From: Clostridia bacterium | GTDB lineage: Bacteria; Bacillota; Clostridia; UMGS1883; UMGS1540 | Direction of reading: 5' to 3' | Assembly (NCBI GenBank): GCA_045533905.1 | Contig: JAZSIR010000001.1 | Span: forward strand, 7,617-71,616 | Length of the DNA: 64,000 bases | Shown here: one piece after another, positions 61,034 through 64,000 of the stretch | How positions within the stretch are numbered: position 1 is the first letter of the stretch | Layout of the letters: each line of letters opens with the position of its first letter | Notes under the pieces: generated by a model | Databases searched by the model: none | What the model was told of the DNA's origin: nothing | The model's input: the letters and a program-made list of their open reading frames with translations, nothing else | Translations under genes and position numbers: made by a program

Positions 61034-62398
61034 TTATGCCGCATACATTTTTTGGAATGCTTTTTTACGAACACAAAGGAAGCAAATGTAATGCACTATA
61101 ACAACAACCACCCAAGAAATCGGCCAACAGAGGAAAAGCATCTCTATAGTGTGGTGGAGAGGCAAAATGAGCGCAATCCACAAAAGACGCAGGCCGCAGG
61201 CACCCACGAGAGAGTTTACGGTGCTGAGGGTAGAATAGCCGAGACCGCGAAGCACGCCGCTCATGACCTCCATCATACCACACAGAAAATACGGAAGCCC
61301 CGTATAGATCATGCGAATAACACCGAAATCAATAGCCTCCGGCGAATCTGTGATGTAAATGCGAAGAAGCGGCCGCGCAAACAGGACGGTAATCGCACCG
61401 AGCAAGGCACCGACAACGCTTGTACACGCAAGAAGCGTGTACATGGATGTATATACGCGTTTTTCGTTTTTGGCGCCGTAGTTTTGGCCTACTGCCGTTA
61501 CGGTCGCCTGCGAGAAGGCGTTCATTGCCGTATACACAAACCCTTCAATGTTGGACCCTGCGGCGCCACCTGCAATGGCAGCCTTGCCGAAGGAGTTTAC
61601 GCCGGACTGAATCGTTACGTTCGCAACGGCAAACAGTGTGCTCTGAATCCCCGACGGCACCCCGATTTTGAGGATCTCCAAAATTTCCTCCTTATAGGCG
61701 CGGATTTTAGAAAGTGTGAGTCTGTACATACCGTTTGTATGAATAAGGGCATAAATAACGGCAAACGCAGAAAGGTAATTGGAAACGCCCGTAGCAATGG
61801 CAACGCCCACAACATCCATATGAAATACAATGACCAAAACGAGATTTAAAATTACATTTACGATGCCGGTGAGTGCCAATATGTAAAGGGGACGCTTGGT
61901 ATCACCCACCCCGCGAAGAACAGAAGCACCAAAGTTATAGACAAGCGTTCCGGGAAGACACAAAAAGATAATGCGTATATACAAAACTGCGCCGTCGAAA
62001 ACTCTTCCCTCGGGCGTACCCATAAGCCGAAGCATAGGGGCAGAAATCAAAAGACCTACCACAAGGGCAATCACGCCTACAGCAAGACTGAGGAATACTG
62101 TAGTATGTACAGCACGGCGAACGCCGGCCGCATCCTTCGCGCCATATTTTCTTGCCACAACAACGCCCGCTCCTATGGAAAGCCCGACGCAGAAATTGAG
62201 AACCAGTGTGTTTAGAGAGCTCGTGGCCCCTACCGATGCCATCGCATCACTTCCTGCAAAACGGCTGACCACAATAAGGTCTGCCGCATTATAGAGAAGC
62301 TGCAAAATGTTTCCCAAAATCAGGGGAATTACAAACCGAATTACATTTTCGAAAATAGAGCCCCGGGTCATATCGATTTCGCTTTTATGCTTTCGCAT
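61034..62398 (-). CDS. MATE-family efflux transporter
   Basis: 12 hydrophobic segments. N-terminus GSIFENVIRFVIPLILGNILQLLYNAADLIVVSRF. ATG (MRKHKS) 6 nt after GGAGGGG. Confidence 0.85.
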   Translation of the reverse strand: MRKHKSEIDMTRGSIFENVIRFVIPLILGNILQLLYNAADLIVVSRFAGSDAMASVGATSSLNTLVLNFCVGLSIGAGVVVARKYGAKDAAGVRRAVHTTVFLSLAVGVIALVVGLLISAPMLRLMGTPEGRVFDGAVLYIRIIFLCLPGTLVYNFGASVLRGVGDTKRPLYILALTGIVNVILNLVLVIVFHMDVVGVAIATGVSNYLSAFAVIYALIHTNGMYRLTLSKIRAYKEEILEILKIGVPSGIQSTLFAVANVTIQSGVNSFGKAAIAGGAAGSNIEGFVYTAMNAFSQATVTAVGQNYGAKNEKRVYTSMYTLLACTSVVGALLGAITVLFARPLLRIYITDSPEAIDFGVIRMIYTGLPYFLCGMMEVMSGVLRGLGYSTLSTVNSLVGACGLRLLWIALILPLHHTIEMLFLCWPISWVVVVIVHYICFLCVRKKAFQKMYAA

Positions 62399-62579
62399 CT
62401 TTTGCCCCTCCAAATTCGCTTGTTACACTTATTATACACCCCAAAATCAAATATGCAAGTGAAAACACGTAAAAAAACAATGAAAACTCGCATATTTTGC
62501 GACATCTCCTGCAAAAAGACCTTGCGACGCTTTTTAAAATATGATAAAATAAATGTATACCTAAGAAAGAGGGATAAAT

Positions 62580-63458
62580 ATGAAAGAGATACGGCTTTGC
62601 GAGGCATGTATGCATTGCCTGATTAAAAAATTTACCAAAGCATATCCGGATAGCATAGACGAGCGCACAAAGCTTTCGTATATACAGGGCGTACTCGCTT
62701 GTATCGCACGCGCCGATGTAGAAATGAGCGCGCCGGAGATTGTGCCGGAAATAGAAAAAGTCTGGGAAAAGCATTTTGGGCCGCAAAAGGAATTTGCAGA
62801 AATCAAGCGGCACTTTAATCTTTTGCTTCTCTCTATGGAAGATGCGCTTTGGAAGAAGATTTCCGAAAGTGACCGGCCCCTTCTCTCAGCTCTCCAGTAT
62901 GCGATGATGGGCAATTACATTGATTTCGGCGCTGTGGAAAACGTAACAGAAGAAGCCCTTCTGGGCTTTATGGAAGACGCGGAAAACATCGTGCCGGACA
63001 AGGCTGTTTTTGAAATGCTTTTGCACGATTTGGAAAATGGGAAAAAGCTTATTTATCTTACGGATAACTGCGGCGAAATTGTACTTGACAAGCTTTTTCT
63101 CCGCACCATTGTAGAGATATATCCGCATCTGGATGTAAAAGCGATTGTGCGCGGCTTCCCTGTTCTCAATGATGCCACGATGGAAGATGCCGAAATGATA
63201 GGTCTTTCGGATGTGGTGCCCGTTTTAGATAACGGCTCCCCCATTGCCGGCACGTGCCTCGGGAAAATTTCGAAAGAAGCGGAGAACGAGATTGAAGGTG
63301 CCGATATTATCCTTGCAAAGGGGCAGGGAAATTTCGAAACGCTTCTCCACTCGGGCAAAAATATATATTATATTTTTATGTGCAAATGTCTTTTGTTTGC
63401 CGAGAGATTTGGTGTGCCACAATATACGGGTATGCTCAAAAATGAGCGTCTTTTGTAA
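62580..63458 (+). CDS. DUF89/ARMT1-like damage-control phosphatase family protein
   Basis: Motifs DNCGEIVLDKLF and KGQGNFETL. Confidence 0.65.
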   Translation: MKEIRLCEACMHCLIKKFTKAYPDSIDERTKLSYIQGVLACIARADVEMSAPEIVPEIEKVWEKHFGPQKEFAEIKRHFNLLLLSMEDALWKKISESDRPLLSALQYAMMGNYIDFGAVENVTEEALLGFMEDAENIVPDKAVFEMLLHDLENGKKLIYLTDNCGEIVLDKLFLRTIVEIYPHLDVKAIVRGFPVLNDATMEDAEMIGLSDVVPVLDNGSPIAGTCLGKISKEAENEIEGADIILAKGQGNFETLLHSGKNIYYIFMCKCLLFAERFGVPQYTGMLKNERLL

Positions 63459-63472
63459 AAGGAGATGACGAT

Positions 63473-64000
63473 ATGCAGGAATATACTTGTGATGTTCTGA
63501 TTTTAGGCGGCGGGCCTGCTGGGTATACAGCTGCGCTCTATGCTGCAAGAGCCGGCCTTTCGGCCATCGTTGTGGAAAAAATGGCTGCCGGCGGGCAGAT
63601 GGCCATCACGCCCGAAATTGATAACTATCCCGGATTTGATGCGGGTATTTCCGGTTTTGAGCTCGGTATGCAGATGCAAAAAGGTGCCGAGCGGTTTGGT
63701 GCGCGCACGGTGCAGGGCGAGGTTCTTTCAATAGAACTTGAAAGCACTTTGAAGGTTGCCGAAACACGCACAGCCCGTTTTGAATCCAAAAGCGTAATTC
63801 TCGCCACGGGCGCAAGTCCCCGAAAGCTCGGCCTGCCGAATGAAGAAGCTCTTATCGGGCGTGGCGTGAGCTACTGCGCAAATTGCGATGGGATGTTCTA
63901 CCGCGACAAAACCGTTGTGATTGTAGGCGGCGGCAACACCGCAGCAGAGGATGCGCTCCTCCTTTCTAAAATTTGCAAAAAGGTCATCCTTGTGCACAGA
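63473..64000 (+). CDS. trxB: Thioredoxin-disulfide reductase, 3' end beyond the window
   Basis: My own translation: MQEYTCDVLILGGGPAGYTAALYAARAG... (FAD GxGxxG), redox CANCDG, second GGGNTAAEDA (NADPH). The frame stays open to nt 64000. Not in the supplied ORF track. Confidence 0.88.
   Translation, partial: MQEYTCDVLILGGGPAGYTAALYAARAGLSAIVVEKMAAGGQMAITPEIDNYPGFDAGISGFELGMQMQKGAERFGARTVQGEVLSIELESTLKVAETRTARFESKSVILATGASPRKLGLPNEEALIGRGVSYCANCDGMFYRDKTVVIVGGGNTAAEDALLLSKICKKVILVHR

Noticed and set aside
1-64000. rRNA, tRNA, tmRNA, riboswitch or CRISPR features
   Set aside because: I could not recognise any cloverleaf-type, rRNA-like or known riboswitch sequence by eye. This is a weak negative and needs tRNAscan-SE and Infernal.

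Overview
The window splits at about nt 27,570 into two compositionally different parts. Hand-counted 60-nt lines give 26-27 G+C of 60 at nt 1, 10081 and 17401, against 38-39 of 60 at nt 30001 and 46801.

LEFT, nt 1-16,602, all on the + strand and tightly packed. It holds two polar-amino-acid ABC systems, two tandem DAACS-type symporter paralogs and purine-salvage enzymes (DeoD, adenine deaminase, an HD hydrolase, an SLH-anchored 5'-nucleotidase). It also holds a partner-switching set with no sigma factor: two STAS proteins, a membrane sensor PP2C phosphatase and an RsbW-like kinase. The most interesting observation is that both ABC ATPases (C-terminus) and both symporters (N-terminus) carry about 120-aa modules. 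By eye these align block by block with the stand-alone RsbW-like kinase but lack its ATP-binding boxes. This suggests transporters gated directly by STAS partner switching.

MIDDLE, nt 16.7-27.57 kb. This is an integrative-element recombination module with three tandem serine-recombinase-family genes, the middle one lacking the catalytic domain. It is followed by a 4.1-kb fragment of a polyvalent conjugative-element or phage-type protein. That fragment is bracketed by two imperfect copies of the 3' end of the adjacent acyl-CoA synthetase gene, a layout like an SCC composite island.

RIGHT, nt 27.57-64 kb. This is GC-rich core chromosome of an SLH-bearing, spoVG-containing Firmicute of Clostridia type. 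Genes include murA, lgt, an M16 peptidase pair, a CCA-adding enzyme, a glycolipid glycosyltransferase, rdgB, rpmB, mutL, spoVG, murC, three SLH surface proteins (one of 2226 aa) and trxB. It also has a DUF1538 / tandem-PII / AEC operon and two tiny tandem Cys-rich membrane peptides.

No rRNA, tRNA or CRISPR array was seen.
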